Shown in pieces: positions 19,688 to 29,320 of a stretch of 64,000 nt of DNA. The DNA comes from Candidatus Omnitrophota bacterium (GTDB lineage: Bacteria > Omnitrophota > Gorgyraeia > 2-02-FULL-51-18). Each line of letters begins with the position of its first letter. Position 1 is the stretch's first letter. Both the position numbers and the translations under genes were made by a program. Below the pieces are notes generated by a model. The model worked only from the letters and a program-made list of their open reading frames with translations, was not told the DNA's origin and did no database searches. Where the stretch lies: the NCBI GenBank assembly GCA_945877765.1, contig CAMDWQ010000002.1, positions 14,464 through 78,463 on the forward strand. The letters run 5' to 3'.

Positions 19688-22243
19688 ATGGAAACTCTTC
19701 CGCTTATCTCCATGGTGACGCCCTCGCTGAATCAGGGCGAGTATTTGGAGCAAGCGATAGTCTCGGTCCTTTCCCAAGATTATCCTCGCATCGAATACAT
19801 AATCATCGATGGCGGCAGCACGGATGGCAGCCAAAAAATCATTGAGCGCTATCAAGAGCGTTTGAAATACTGGCGGAGTGCCCCGGATCGCGGACAGTCA
19901 CACGCTATCAATGAGGGATTTGCTCGCTCATTCGGAGAAATTTTGTGCTGGCTCAATTCGGACGACATTTTGATGCCAGGCGCTTTGCGTCGCGTGGCGG
20001 ATTATTTCACTGCCCAGACGAGCCCTGCTTGGCTTATCGGCGGTTGTGAGATTTTTGATGACGAAAAAAATAAAGTTTTCACACGTTTTGCCCACCCCGA
20101 CCTAAACCAAAAAACCTTGCTAGATTGGGATCGGTATTGTTTTGCGCAGCAATCTACTTTTTGGAATCGCTCGATGTGGGAAAAAGCAGGCCCCTTAAAC
20201 GAGTCTCTTCACTACGCGATGGATTTTGCGCTTTGGATTTCCATGATGAAGCAGGCACTGCCAATAAAATCGAATGATGTTTTTTCGCGGTATAGGCTTC
20301 ACTCTAGGGCCAAGGGAATCGCTGGGGCAGATTTATCTCGCAGGGAGCTGCTGAGCGTTATCCACGACAGCAGCACTCTCGTTGATGGGGGATCGGTATC
20401 GCAGCTGGATTCCAAGACCACCCGCTCACCGGATGTCAAAATTTACTGCTTAGCCGCATCCTGTTCAAGGCATAGTTGGGGCACGGGAATAATTTACAAC
20501 CACGCCGCTATTTTACGAAAAAATGGCTATCCTGCTTTTGTTCTGCATGAAGAGGAGCCATTTTCTTTGGAATGGCTTCACTGTGATGTTCCGGTAGTCT
20601 ATCTCAACCGCATGCAAACCTCGATCAGAAAACATGATTTATTGATTGTCCCTGAAGTGATGGCATCAGACCCTAAAATTCTTTCCATTCAATGCCGGAA
20701 AGTGGTGCATGTGCAGAATATTTTTTTTATGACGACGAATGCTCCTGATAACATTGATTTCTCGAAACTCGGATACGAGAGAGTGCTAATTGCGTCGGAG
20801 CGCATGCAAGACGCCATCGTCCGTTTTCACGGGATCCGAGGGGATATCATGCCGCCTTTTGTGGCACCCTATTTTTATCCTGCGACAACCCCCAAAAAAT
20901 CTCACGCTCGGCCCCGGCGGATCGTGATTTATCCCAAAAATGAATGCCTGGACTATCAAATCCTTTCACGGGTTTTACGCGAATATGTAGAGAATCATTG
21001 CACGGGATGGGAGATTGTCGAGCTGCGCGGAAAATCTCACACCGAGTGGGCCGACCTCTTAAGGGGATCTGCTTTTTTTGTGAGCGTGAACTGTTGTGAG
21101 GGTTTTAATGCCAGTGTTCCTGAGGCAATGGCGGCCGGCTGCATCCCGTTTTGTTATGACGCGTATGGCGGCCTGGATTATCTCAAAGATAACCACAATG
21201 CCTGCGCCTTTCCGAATAATCACATTTATCCGCTGCTGACGCGCTTAACCGATTGGATGGACCGCTATGACAAAATTCAACCACAGTTATTATCGATGCG
21301 GAAAAAAGCTTACAAAACAATGCTCGGCTATCGGATAGAAAAAACTGAGGCGGCGCTGTTGCTTTTGTTTAAAGATTTGATCCCAAAAAAAAGCGTGATT
21401 CCCGATAAAAATGAAAATGCGGAGCGCTACCAGGCGTTTATAAAAATTGCTAAAGACCGTTCCCGGGAGTACGCGACTGCAAAGCCATTTGCGCACACTG
21501 TGCTCGATAATTTTTTTCCAGAGCCGGTTCTCGAGCAAGTAATTAATGAATTTCCTTTGACTGAAGCGGCTCTGTGGCAGCGTTACCGCAACAGCCACGA
21601 GCAGAAGCTTGAGTGGTCTGCCAGCGCTCAGATGGGAGAGGTGACGGATCGGCTGCTAAAGGAGCTTTGCAGCGCCAACTTTCTATTGTTTCTAGAAAAA
21701 CTGACCGGCATTCGTGGGTTGATCCCCGATCTTAATCTTTCTGGGGCGGGGCTGCACCAGGTGGAGGCGGGTGGTTTTTTGGATATACATGTGGATTTTA
21801 ACCGACACAAAACCACCGGGTACGAACGGCGGCTGAATTTACTTTTGTATTTGAATAAAGATTGGAAAGAAGAATATGGCGGTCACCTAGAACTTTGGGA
21901 CAGCGCGCGGCAGAATTGCGTCAAAAAAATTACTCCCGTGTTTAACCGCTGTGTCATTTTTAGTACGTCGCGATTTTCTTGGCATGGTCACCCGCAGCCG
22001 CTCGCGTGCCCCCCAGACAGAACCCGCAAGTCACTCGCGCTTTATTATTACACGCGCACCCGAAATGATGGGGAATCACAGGGAGGCCACAACACCTTGT
22101 TTGGTCCGATGCCGGCACCTGTTAAGAAGAATGCTTTTTTGTGGGAGCTTCTTTGGATGATATTCTCGCCCAGACTCATGAATCAAGCCCAGCGTCTTAA
22201 GAGAAAGTGGTTGGGACCCAAAAGCCCTAAGGACGCATCGTAA
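19688..22243 (+). CDS. Multidomain protein: GT2 + GT-B (GT4-like) + 2OG-Fe(II) oxygenase
   Basis: N-terminal TPSLNQG/IDGGSTD/WLNSDD; middle EGFNASVPEAMAAGC (EX7E); C-terminal PFAHTVLDNF, DIHVDFN (HxD), GGHLELW, WHGHP, RKSLALYYY. Confidence 0.88.
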   Translation: METLPLISMVTPSLNQGEYLEQAIVSVLSQDYPRIEYIIIDGGSTDGSQKIIERYQERLKYWRSAPDRGQSHAINEGFARSFGEILCWLNSDDILMPGALRRVADYFTAQTSPAWLIGGCEIFDDEKNKVFTRFAHPDLNQKTLLDWDRYCFAQQSTFWNRSMWEKAGPLNESLHYAMDFALWISMMKQALPIKSNDVFSRYRLHSRAKGIAGADLSRRELLSVIHDSSTLVDGGSVSQLDSKTTRSPDVKIYCLAASCSRHSWGTGIIYNHAAILRKNGYPAFVLHEEEPFSLEWLHCDVPVVYLNRMQTSIRKHDLLIVPEVMASDPKILSIQCRKVVHVQNIFFMTTNAPDNIDFSKLGYERVLIASERMQDAIVRFHGIRGDIMPPFVAPYFYPATTPKKSHARPRRIVIYPKNECLDYQILSRVLREYVENHCTGWEIVELRGKSHTEWADLLRGSAFFVSVNCCEGFNASVPEAMAAGCIPFCYDAYGGLDYLKDNHNACAFPNNHIYPLLTRLTDWMDRYDKIQPQLLSMRKKAYKTMLGYRIEKTEAALLLLFKDLIPKKSVIPDKNENAERYQAFIKIAKDRSREYATAKPFAHTVLDNFFPEPVLEQVINEFPLTEAALWQRYRNSHEQKLEWSASAQMGEVTDRLLKELCSANFLLFLEKLTGIRGLIPDLNLSGAGLHQVEAGGFLDIHVDFNRHKTTGYERRLNLLLYLNKDWKEEYGGHLELWDSARQNCVKKITPVFNRCVIFSTSRFSWHGHPQPLACPPDRTRKSLALYYYTRTRNDGESQGGHNTLFGPMPAPVKKNAFLWELLWMIFSPRLMNQAQRLKRKWLGPKSPKDAS

Positions 22244-24528
22244 TGGTTGATGTCATTATTCCTATTTTCAACGCCTACGAGGCGCTTGCGCGCTGTTTGG
22301 AGAGCATAAGGGCGACCAGCGCCGGAGAGGTCTCCTACCGCCTTATCCTGATTGATGACGCCAGTGAGGACCCAAGAATTTTTCCCTTTCTTGAAAAAAT
22401 GAAAGCGCCTGACGATCTGCTGTTGAAAAATGAAAACAATTTAGGTTTTGTCCAGACCGCAAACCGAGGAATGGCTGTTTCGCAGGAGCATGATGTTGTA
22501 TTGCTTAATTCGGACACCCTCGTAACAGAGGGTTGGTTAGCAGCACTCCAAAAAGCGGCTTACCAGCACCCCTCGATCGGCGGCGCTAACCCGCTGACGA
22601 ATTGCGCTTCTATTTTCTCTGTCCCCGAGCTGTCCGCATTTGCCCAGCCGACTTCATTACAAAAAATAAGCCGTTGGATAAAAAATAACCAGAAGGGATT
22701 AGCGCACGACATTCCATCAGCCGTCGGGTTTTGTTTTTATATTAAACGATGTGTTATTCGCGAGGTTGGGCTGTTTGATGAAATTTTTGGCAGGGGTTAT
22801 GGTGAAGAGAATGATTTTTGCATGAAAGCCAAGAAAAGGGGATATCGATTTGTTCTTACCAACGAAGCCTTCGTTTATCACGAAGGTCACGTTTCGATGA
22901 AGGCCGCGGGTGTTGTCCTAGAGGGACAAGAAGCTTTGCCAGCGCATCAGAACATTATTGATGAGCGTTATCCTGGATACTCAGACATGGTTCAACGTTA
23001 TGCGCACAGCGGCGTGATGCAGCAAATGCGCTCGGATGTTTTACAGGGCTTGGCTTCACAGCTGGGTTTGGGGCGAAAAAGAATTCTTTATTTTCTCCAT
23101 CACGCGGTGGACGGCTCTAGTGTCGGCGGAGCCGAATTTCATGTACGTGGTTTGGTGGAGCAGCTGAAACAAGAATATGTCTGTTATGTTGCGCGCATCG
23201 AGAACAATGTATTTTACATTGATGAGTATGTGGACGAGCTGCATCTTTCCTATGCTTACCCGCTAAGCCAACGACTGCCCTACCTGGCTTTGAGGCATCC
23301 GGCCGCGTTTCAGGCGGCTTGTGAAGTTTTGACGGCGTTCGCGATTGATCTTGTGCACATGCATTTGACGATGAACAATAATCTTGAAATTGTGCATGCC
23401 GCAAAGACTCTTGGCATCCCAGTTTTTTTATCTTTGCATGATTACTATTGTGCCAGTCCTGATTTTAATCTCTCCTACAAATTTCACGACCTGACTTGGA
23501 ATGAAAACCGAAATCCACCGCGTGGTTTTTTTTATGGTCTCTATGGCGCAAGAAATTTTAATGAAATTGCATGGCGCCAAGAGATGGCTGCTGCCTTTAG
23601 GCGGATAGATGAAGTTTTGGTCCCTAGCCATGACACGCTAAATCGTGTAAAAAAATATTTTAAGCGAACCACGAGAATTCGCGTGATTGAGCACGGTGTT
23701 CTTGACTATGAAACCAATTTGCTTTCCTTGCAAGCAGCAAGCCGGGATTCAAAAAAGTTTTCTATTTGTTTTTTGGGGTACACGCACGCCCCTCATAAGG
23801 GAGCCCAAGTGCTGCCCAAGATCATCCCAAAACTTCTGGCGCAAGGCATTGAAGTGCATCTTTTAGGTACTGACGCTGTTCATTGGAAGCGATATCCCTG
23901 GGCGCGGGAAATCCATATCCATGGCTCTTATCAACGCTCTCAAGTGATTCAAAAAATACGGACCATCAACCCATCCCTTGTCGCAATCACTTCCATCTGC
24001 CCCGAAACTTTTTCATACACCCTTAATGAGGCCTGGGCTGCTGGCGTGCCTGTGGTGGTGCCGCCTATCGGGGCTCCGGCAGAGCGAGTACAAAGGGCGG
24101 GTGGCGGGGTTGTACTGAGTGATTTCAAGCCAGAAACTTTTATCAGAGAAGTAATGGGAATGGTAAACAACAAGGCAGAATACAGCCAGCTTCAAAAGGC
24201 TGCGGAGAACATGCGCTTGAAGACAGCTGATGAAAATACTCAAGACTATCGGTATTTGTATGAGTCGTATTTTGCCAGGCACACGCAGGCGAGGCGCAGC
24301 AATTATTCCCCCGTAAACCAATTTAAACTTCAAGGGCAAAAAAAATATTGGGGTCTAAGCGCTCCTTTTGAGGGGCCCAGGTTTTTGTTTGCCATGAGCT
24401 TGTTGCATGATTTTAAGTGGATGCTTGTGCCGTTTGTTCGCCGCTCAACAGCTTGGTTCCTGGCTCTTTTTTCAAAGTCTCAAAATACGGAAATTGAGAT
24501 TTTGGACGGCGACCTGTCCGAAGAGTAA
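22243..24528 (+). CDS. Bifunctional glycosyltransferase (GT2 + GT4)
   Basis: VIIPIFN, IDDAS, LLNSDT, GYGEENDF; then GGAEFHV, SLHDYY, HKG, ETFSYTLNEAWAAGVP. Confidence 0.9.
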   Translation: MVDVIIPIFNAYEALARCLESIRATSAGEVSYRLILIDDASEDPRIFPFLEKMKAPDDLLLKNENNLGFVQTANRGMAVSQEHDVVLLNSDTLVTEGWLAALQKAAYQHPSIGGANPLTNCASIFSVPELSAFAQPTSLQKISRWIKNNQKGLAHDIPSAVGFCFYIKRCVIREVGLFDEIFGRGYGEENDFCMKAKKRGYRFVLTNEAFVYHEGHVSMKAAGVVLEGQEALPAHQNIIDERYPGYSDMVQRYAHSGVMQQMRSDVLQGLASQLGLGRKRILYFLHHAVDGSSVGGAEFHVRGLVEQLKQEYVCYVARIENNVFYIDEYVDELHLSYAYPLSQRLPYLALRHPAAFQAACEVLTAFAIDLVHMHLTMNNNLEIVHAAKTLGIPVFLSLHDYYCASPDFNLSYKFHDLTWNENRNPPRGFFYGLYGARNFNEIAWRQEMAAAFRRIDEVLVPSHDTLNRVKKYFKRTTRIRVIEHGVLDYETNLLSLQAASRDSKKFSICFLGYTHAPHKGAQVLPKIIPKLLAQGIEVHLLGTDAVHWKRYPWAREIHIHGSYQRSQVIQKIRTINPSLVAITSICPETFSYTLNEAWAAGVPVVVPPIGAPAERVQRAGGGVVLSDFKPETFIREVMGMVNNKAEYSQLQKAAENMRLKTADENTQDYRYLYESYFARHTQARRSNYSPVNQFKLQGQKKYWGLSAPFEGPRFLFAMSLLHDFKWMLVPFVRRSTAWFLALFSKSQNTEIEILDGDLSEE

Positions 24529-24541
24529 ATTTTATAAAGCA

Positions 24542-24570
24542 TTGACACTATTTTTTAAATAACACAAAAT
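24542..24570 (+). promoter_or_regulatory. sigma70-type promoter
   Basis: TTGACA-17 nt-CAAAAT, then GAGGG RBS before ATG 24594. Confidence 0.6.
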
Positions 24571-24593
24571 GTGAGTTCACAAAGTGAGGGAAT

Positions 24594-25484
24594 ATGGCAG
24601 AATTAAAAACAAATTGGAAAAATCTTGTCAAGATGGCAGTGCAGGGGAAACCTGCGAATCCTTTGCGTTTCGGAGAATTTGAAATGGATTGGAAGGGGCA
24701 AGGACACTCGCTGCCGAGTGTTGGGGGGATTACTTACAACGTAAAGGTGGGCGACAGCGCATTTCATTGGCGGGGTGATCATATCGAGCCGGGTGTGTCG
24801 ATGGTGTTGGATGAAGAAAAAAGATCCAGCAAGCAAAATATGGCACTGCAGTTTTTGGCGTGTGTTGGCAATGAGGCGGTGGTTGTCTCGGGTGCCGCCA
24901 AAGGCGCTAGGGGCGTAGTGGTTGGGCATCATGGCGGCGTGGAGCACATGATCGTCGATTTTGACGATAAAACTCTCAACAAACTGACGTATGATGACAA
25001 AATTTTGATTAAGGCTTTCGGGCAAGGCCTCAAGCTTCTGGACGTGCCGGAGGTTTTTGTATACAACCTAGATCCCGGAGTTTTAAAGCCTTGGGGAGTT
25101 AGGATTTCTGGGGGCAAGCTGGAAGTGCCTGTGACAATGACGGTGCCGTCCTCGCTCATGGGCTCAGGGCTTGGGCACGGCGACCCTGCGACCGGAGACT
25201 ACGACATCACCACACAGGATGCCAAAGCGGTAAAACGCTATGGGTTGGATCAGCTGCGTTTTGGAGATTTTGTGGCCATCATGGATGCGGATAATACATT
25301 TGGGCGGCATTATTTTGAGGGAGCTGTTACGATTGGGGTTGTTGCGCACTCGGATAGCTTTCTTTCAGGTCATGGGCCGGGAATTTCAACGCTATTTTCA
25401 TCGAGAACGCCTGCGATTCGTCCTAAGATTTCATATAATGCTAATCTTGCCAATGTGTTAAAAATCGGAAGATATAGGAAATAA
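24594..25484 (+). CDS. DUF4438 (TM1086-like) family protein
   Basis: LKTN...V...VQG, LPSVGGITYNVKVGD, DHIEPGVS, GHHGGVEH, MGSGLG, GDYDI, GHGPG; recognised from memory of the family. Confidence 0.8.
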   Translation: MAELKTNWKNLVKMAVQGKPANPLRFGEFEMDWKGQGHSLPSVGGITYNVKVGDSAFHWRGDHIEPGVSMVLDEEKRSSKQNMALQFLACVGNEAVVVSGAAKGARGVVVGHHGGVEHMIVDFDDKTLNKLTYDDKILIKAFGQGLKLLDVPEVFVYNLDPGVLKPWGVRISGGKLEVPVTMTVPSSLMGSGLGHGDPATGDYDITTQDAKAVKRYGLDQLRFGDFVAIMDADNTFGRHYFEGAVTIGVVAHSDSFLSGHGPGISTLFSSRTPAIRPKISYNANLANVLKIGRYRK

Positions 25485-25660
25485 GTGCTTGGCGAGGGGC
25501 TAATTATCTTCTTTTAGCCAACGTTAAATTTGCCCCTCCGAGGCAAATTTAACTCGATAGATAAGAGCTCGCTCGTCCCCATCTACTACGATGGGGACAC
25601 CATGGCCGCTCGCCTTATCTACGCGTCTAAAAGAAGATAATTAGCCCCTCACCGAACACT
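25484..25660. repeat. Branched palindromic intergenic element (MITE/REP-like or structured RNA)
   Basis: Perfect 24-bp inverted repeat 25494-25517/25627-25650, extendable to about 34 bp, enclosing a 12-bp hairpin and a nested 8-bp + 9-bp arm. Confidence 0.85.
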
Positions 25661-25671
25661 GGAACCAAAAA

Positions 25672-26817
25672 ATGCAGAAAATTTTTGAAATTCAACATAA
25701 GGATCCTCAAAGCAAAGCCCGGACGGGTGTGTTGAAAACTGCCCATGGGGAAATAAAGACGCCCGTCTTTATGCCGGTGGGGACGCAGGCGACGGTTAAG
25801 ACGATTTCCAATGATGAGCTTCTGGGGACTGGCGCGCAGGTTATTTTGTCCAATAGCTATCATTTGTATTTGCGGCCAGGCGAAGCGGTGATGAAAGAGG
25901 CGGGCGGGTTGCACCGCTTTATGAATTGGCAGAAACCAATTCTTACGGATTCGGGAGGTTTTCAGATTTTTAGCCTGGCTAGATTAAACAAAATTACCGC
26001 CGAGGGCGTGCATTTCCAATCTCACATCGATGGCTCTAAACATTTTTTATCTCCGGAAGATGTCATTCGCGTTGAGCATACGTTGGGCAGTGATATTATT
26101 ATGCCTTTGGATGAGTGTGTGAAGTATCCCAGCGAACATGATTATGTAAAAAAATCTCTTAAAATTACCCATGACTGGGCACGGCGGAGTAAGGTGGCGT
26201 GGGAGGCGGCTGGTTGTAGAAATGATTATGGTTTGAGCAGTATTCTTTTTGGGATTGTACAGGGTGGCGTCTATCATGATCTGCGGGAAGAATCAGCCAA
26301 GGCGTTGGTGGATATTGATTTTCCGGGATATTCGATCGGGGGTTTGAGTGTGGGCGAGCCTAGCCAGGCGATGTATGAGACGTTGGCGGCTACATTGCCG
26401 CATTTACCTGAAGATAAGCCGCATTATTTAATGGGAGTGGGATTTCCTCTGGATCTTTTTGAAGCGGTGTCGCAGGGCGTAGATATGTTTGATTGTGTGG
26501 TTCCCACGCGAAACGGACGCAATGCCACGGTATTTACTCGATATGGAAAGCTTTTGCTTCGCGGCGCTTCCTATATCCGTGATTTTGGACCTATCGAGGA
26601 AGGCTGTGCTTGCTACACCTGCAAAAATCATACCCGCGCATACTTGCGCCACCTTTTCAATGCGGACGAATATTTGGCGGGTCGATTAGCTTCTTTACAT
26701 AATCTAACATTTTTTATACAATTGCTGGCATCAATGAGGCGGGCGATTGAGGAAGATAGGTTCGTAGCGTTTCGCCGCGAGTTTGAAAGTGATTACAACC
26801 GCATAAAGGAGTCCTAA
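25672..26817 (+). CDS. tgt: tRNA guanine(34) transglycosylase
   Basis: TPVFMPVGT, TDSGGFQ, GIVQGG, YLMGVG, DMFDCVVPTR, Zn site CACYTC..H. Confidence 0.97.
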   Translation: MQKIFEIQHKDPQSKARTGVLKTAHGEIKTPVFMPVGTQATVKTISNDELLGTGAQVILSNSYHLYLRPGEAVMKEAGGLHRFMNWQKPILTDSGGFQIFSLARLNKITAEGVHFQSHIDGSKHFLSPEDVIRVEHTLGSDIIMPLDECVKYPSEHDYVKKSLKITHDWARRSKVAWEAAGCRNDYGLSSILFGIVQGGVYHDLREESAKALVDIDFPGYSIGGLSVGEPSQAMYETLAATLPHLPEDKPHYLMGVGFPLDLFEAVSQGVDMFDCVVPTRNGRNATVFTRYGKLLLRGASYIRDFGPIEEGCACYTCKNHTRAYLRHLFNADEYLAGRLASLHNLTFFIQLLASMRRAIEEDRFVAFRREFESDYNRIKES

Positions 26818-27104
26818 TGCAAGGTCAGCCCCCATTTTTTCTTCAGCCGCAATTTGTCATGATGCTTTTTTTTATCGGAATGATGTATTTCATTATTCTT
26901 CGTCCGCAAATCAAGGCCAAAAAAGACCACCAAAATCTTCTGGCAAAGCTTGATAAAAATGATGAAATCATTACCTCCGGCGGAGTGCATGCAACCGTGA
27001 TCTCTGTGGGAGACAAGACCGTCATTTTGCGAATCGCTGACAATGTGAAAATTGAAATCGAGAAAAGCTCGATTACACAAGTCACCAAATCCAGGCAGTC
27101 CTAA
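26817..27104 (+). CDS. yajC: Preprotein translocase subunit YajC
   Basis: YFIILRPQ, DEIITSGG; sits between tgt and secDF. Confidence 0.95.
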   Translation: MQGQPPFFLQPQFVMMLFFIGMMYFIILRPQIKAKKDHQNLLAKLDKNDEIITSGGVHATVISVGDKTVILRIADNVKIEIEKSSITQVTKSRQS

Positions 27105-27120
27105 ACCAAAAGAAAGCGTT

Positions 27121-29316
27121 ATGACACAAAAAAGTTTATCTTGGCGTTTTTCTCTGATTGCAATCGTCGTTGCCGCCTGTTTTTATTATGCGATTCCTCC
27201 GTTTGGCACTCCCCAGAAACCGGGAAAGATAAAGCTTGGATTGGATTTGCAGGGTGGCATGCATTTGTTGCTACGCGTGGACACCTCAAAGCTTTCGGAA
27301 AAAGCCAAAGAGGATGCTACGGAGCGAGCGATGGAAATTATTCGTAACCGTATCGATCAATTCGGCGTTGCGGAGCCTTCCATTCAGCGCGAGGGAAATG
27401 ACCGCATTGTGGTTCAGCTTCCGGGAGTCACAGACCGCGAGCGCGCGCTGTCTCTTTTGGGGAAGACGGCACTTTTGGAATTTAAAGTAGTTTCTGATGA
27501 CGCTGGACTGCTAAAAGAGGCGATCGCAGGAAACGTGCCCGATGGTTTTGAGCTGCACTCATCGGATGAGGGTGGGCAGATTCTTGTTGAAAAAGAAACA
27601 CTTTTGACGGGCAAGCATATCACTAACGCCGGGGTAAGCTTTGAATCCAACTTTAATGAGCCTGTTGTTACGTTAGAATTTAACAGCGAAGGCGGGAAAA
27701 TTTTTTCTGACATCACCGGGGCGAATGTCGGCCGCCGGATTGCAATTATTCTGGATGGAAATGTGCAGTCTGCACCCGTGGTGAACGAGCGCATCCCTTC
27801 GGGAAAAGCACAAATTACCGGACGCTTCAATATTGATGCCGCCAACGATCTGTCGATTGCCTTGCGAGCCGGCGCCTTACCCGCACCTATTATCGTGGAG
27901 GAAGAACGAAGTGTGGGTCCAAGCCTTGGAAAGGATTCGATTCAGCAGGGAATTAGCGCGTCGCTCTTCGGGTTTGGTGCTGTCGTTGTTTTCATGATGA
28001 TTTATTATATGTTTGGCGGTCTTGTCGCCAGCATCGCCCTCTTCTTAAATGTCGTCATTACACTGGCCGCTTTGAGTTATTTTCATGCCACGCTGACACT
28101 GCCGGGTATCGCTGGGACCGTGTTGACAGTGGGTATGGCGGTGGACGCAAACGTGCTTATTTTTGAGCGTATCCGCGAAGAGCGCGCTCTGGGAAAACCG
28201 ATGGCCGCGGCCTTGATCGCCGGCTACAACAAAGCCTTTTTAACCATTTTGGATACGCACTCAACGACACTGATTTCATCGGGAATCCTTTATTATATCG
28301 GTACGGGTCCGATCAAGGGGTTTGCGTTGACGCTGGCAATTGGTATTTTGGCAAGCTTGTTCACCAGCGTTTTTGTCACCCGGGCAATTTTTGATCTTTT
28401 GATTAGCAAGGGCGGTTTAAAAAATCTAAAGATGTTACAACTTTTAAACTATGTGCCAAAAATTGATTACTTAAAAGTCCGTAAAATTTGCTACATCGGT
28501 TCGGTTCTTGTGATTTTAGCGGGAGCCTATTTCTTTTTTAACCGCGGGGAAAAAATGTTTGGCGTCGAATTCACCGGCGGTACGATGCAAGAGTACCGTT
28601 TTACTCAAGCCGTTTCGGTAGACGATATTCGCAAGAGTCTGGATCAGATTGGATTTGGCACGGCGACGATTCAAAAGGTAGGCGAAGGCAACGATATCAT
28701 GATCCGTGCCGGTCAGGGATCCGAAACCACGATACAGAAAAAACTCACGCAGGATTTTCCCCAAAATAAACATGAATTGTTAAGGCTTGAAAGTGTTGGC
28801 CCGGTGGTGGGCAAAGAGCTCAAAGTGAAGGCGCTTTGGGCGGTTGCACTCGCGCTGTTGGGGATTTGGATATACATCGTATGGCGTTTTGATTTTAAAT
28901 TTGCTTTTGGCGCGATCCTCTCGCTTTTTCATGACGCGTTGGTTACGATCGGTTTTGTCGCCATCAGCGGCCGTGAATTTTCGGTGCCAGTGCTTGCGGC
29001 AATTTTGACGATCATTGGTTTTTCAATCAATGATACGATTGTCATTTTTGACCGCATTCGTGAGAGGCGTCGCGCCGGGACGAAGGAGACCTTTGCGGAG
29101 ACGGTGAATACCAGTATCAACCAGACGCTGCCGAGGACAATTTTGACAACGTTGACGGTTTTTATGGTAATCCTGGCGCTTTATTTTAAGGGTGGTGAAG
29201 TGATTAATGACTTTGCGTTTACGATGCTTGTAGGTGTGATTAGCGGTACCTATTCCACGATTTATATCGCCGCCCCGGTCCTGATTGATTGGCCCGGTTC
29301 TAAGAAAAACAAATGA
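27121..29316 (+). CDS. secDF: Fused protein translocase SecDF
   Basis: LGLDLQGG, RIDQFGVAEP, GMAVDANVLIFERIREE, GVEFTGG, GFSINDTIVIFDRIRE; start ATG 27121. Confidence 0.96.
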   Translation: MTQKSLSWRFSLIAIVVAACFYYAIPPFGTPQKPGKIKLGLDLQGGMHLLLRVDTSKLSEKAKEDATERAMEIIRNRIDQFGVAEPSIQREGNDRIVVQLPGVTDRERALSLLGKTALLEFKVVSDDAGLLKEAIAGNVPDGFELHSSDEGGQILVEKETLLTGKHITNAGVSFESNFNEPVVTLEFNSEGGKIFSDITGANVGRRIAIILDGNVQSAPVVNERIPSGKAQITGRFNIDAANDLSIALRAGALPAPIIVEEERSVGPSLGKDSIQQGISASLFGFGAVVVFMMIYYMFGGLVASIALFLNVVITLAALSYFHATLTLPGIAGTVLTVGMAVDANVLIFERIREERALGKPMAAALIAGYNKAFLTILDTHSTTLISSGILYYIGTGPIKGFALTLAIGILASLFTSVFVTRAIFDLLISKGGLKNLKMLQLLNYVPKIDYLKVRKICYIGSVLVILAGAYFFFNRGEKMFGVEFTGGTMQEYRFTQAVSVDDIRKSLDQIGFGTATIQKVGEGNDIMIRAGQGSETTIQKKLTQDFPQNKHELLRLESVGPVVGKELKVKALWAVALALLGIWIYIVWRFDFKFAFGAILSLFHDALVTIGFVAISGREFSVPVLAAILTIIGFSINDTIVIFDRIRERRRAGTKETFAETVNTSINQTLPRTILTTLTVFMVILALYFKGGEVINDFAFTMLVGVISGTYSTIYIAAPVLIDWPGSKKNK

Positions 29317-29320
29317 TTCG

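Noticed and set aside
25484-25660. preQ1 riboswitch or tRNA upstream of tgt
   Set aside because: Too long and too perfectly paired; no preQ1 consensus, T-loop or CCA recognised.
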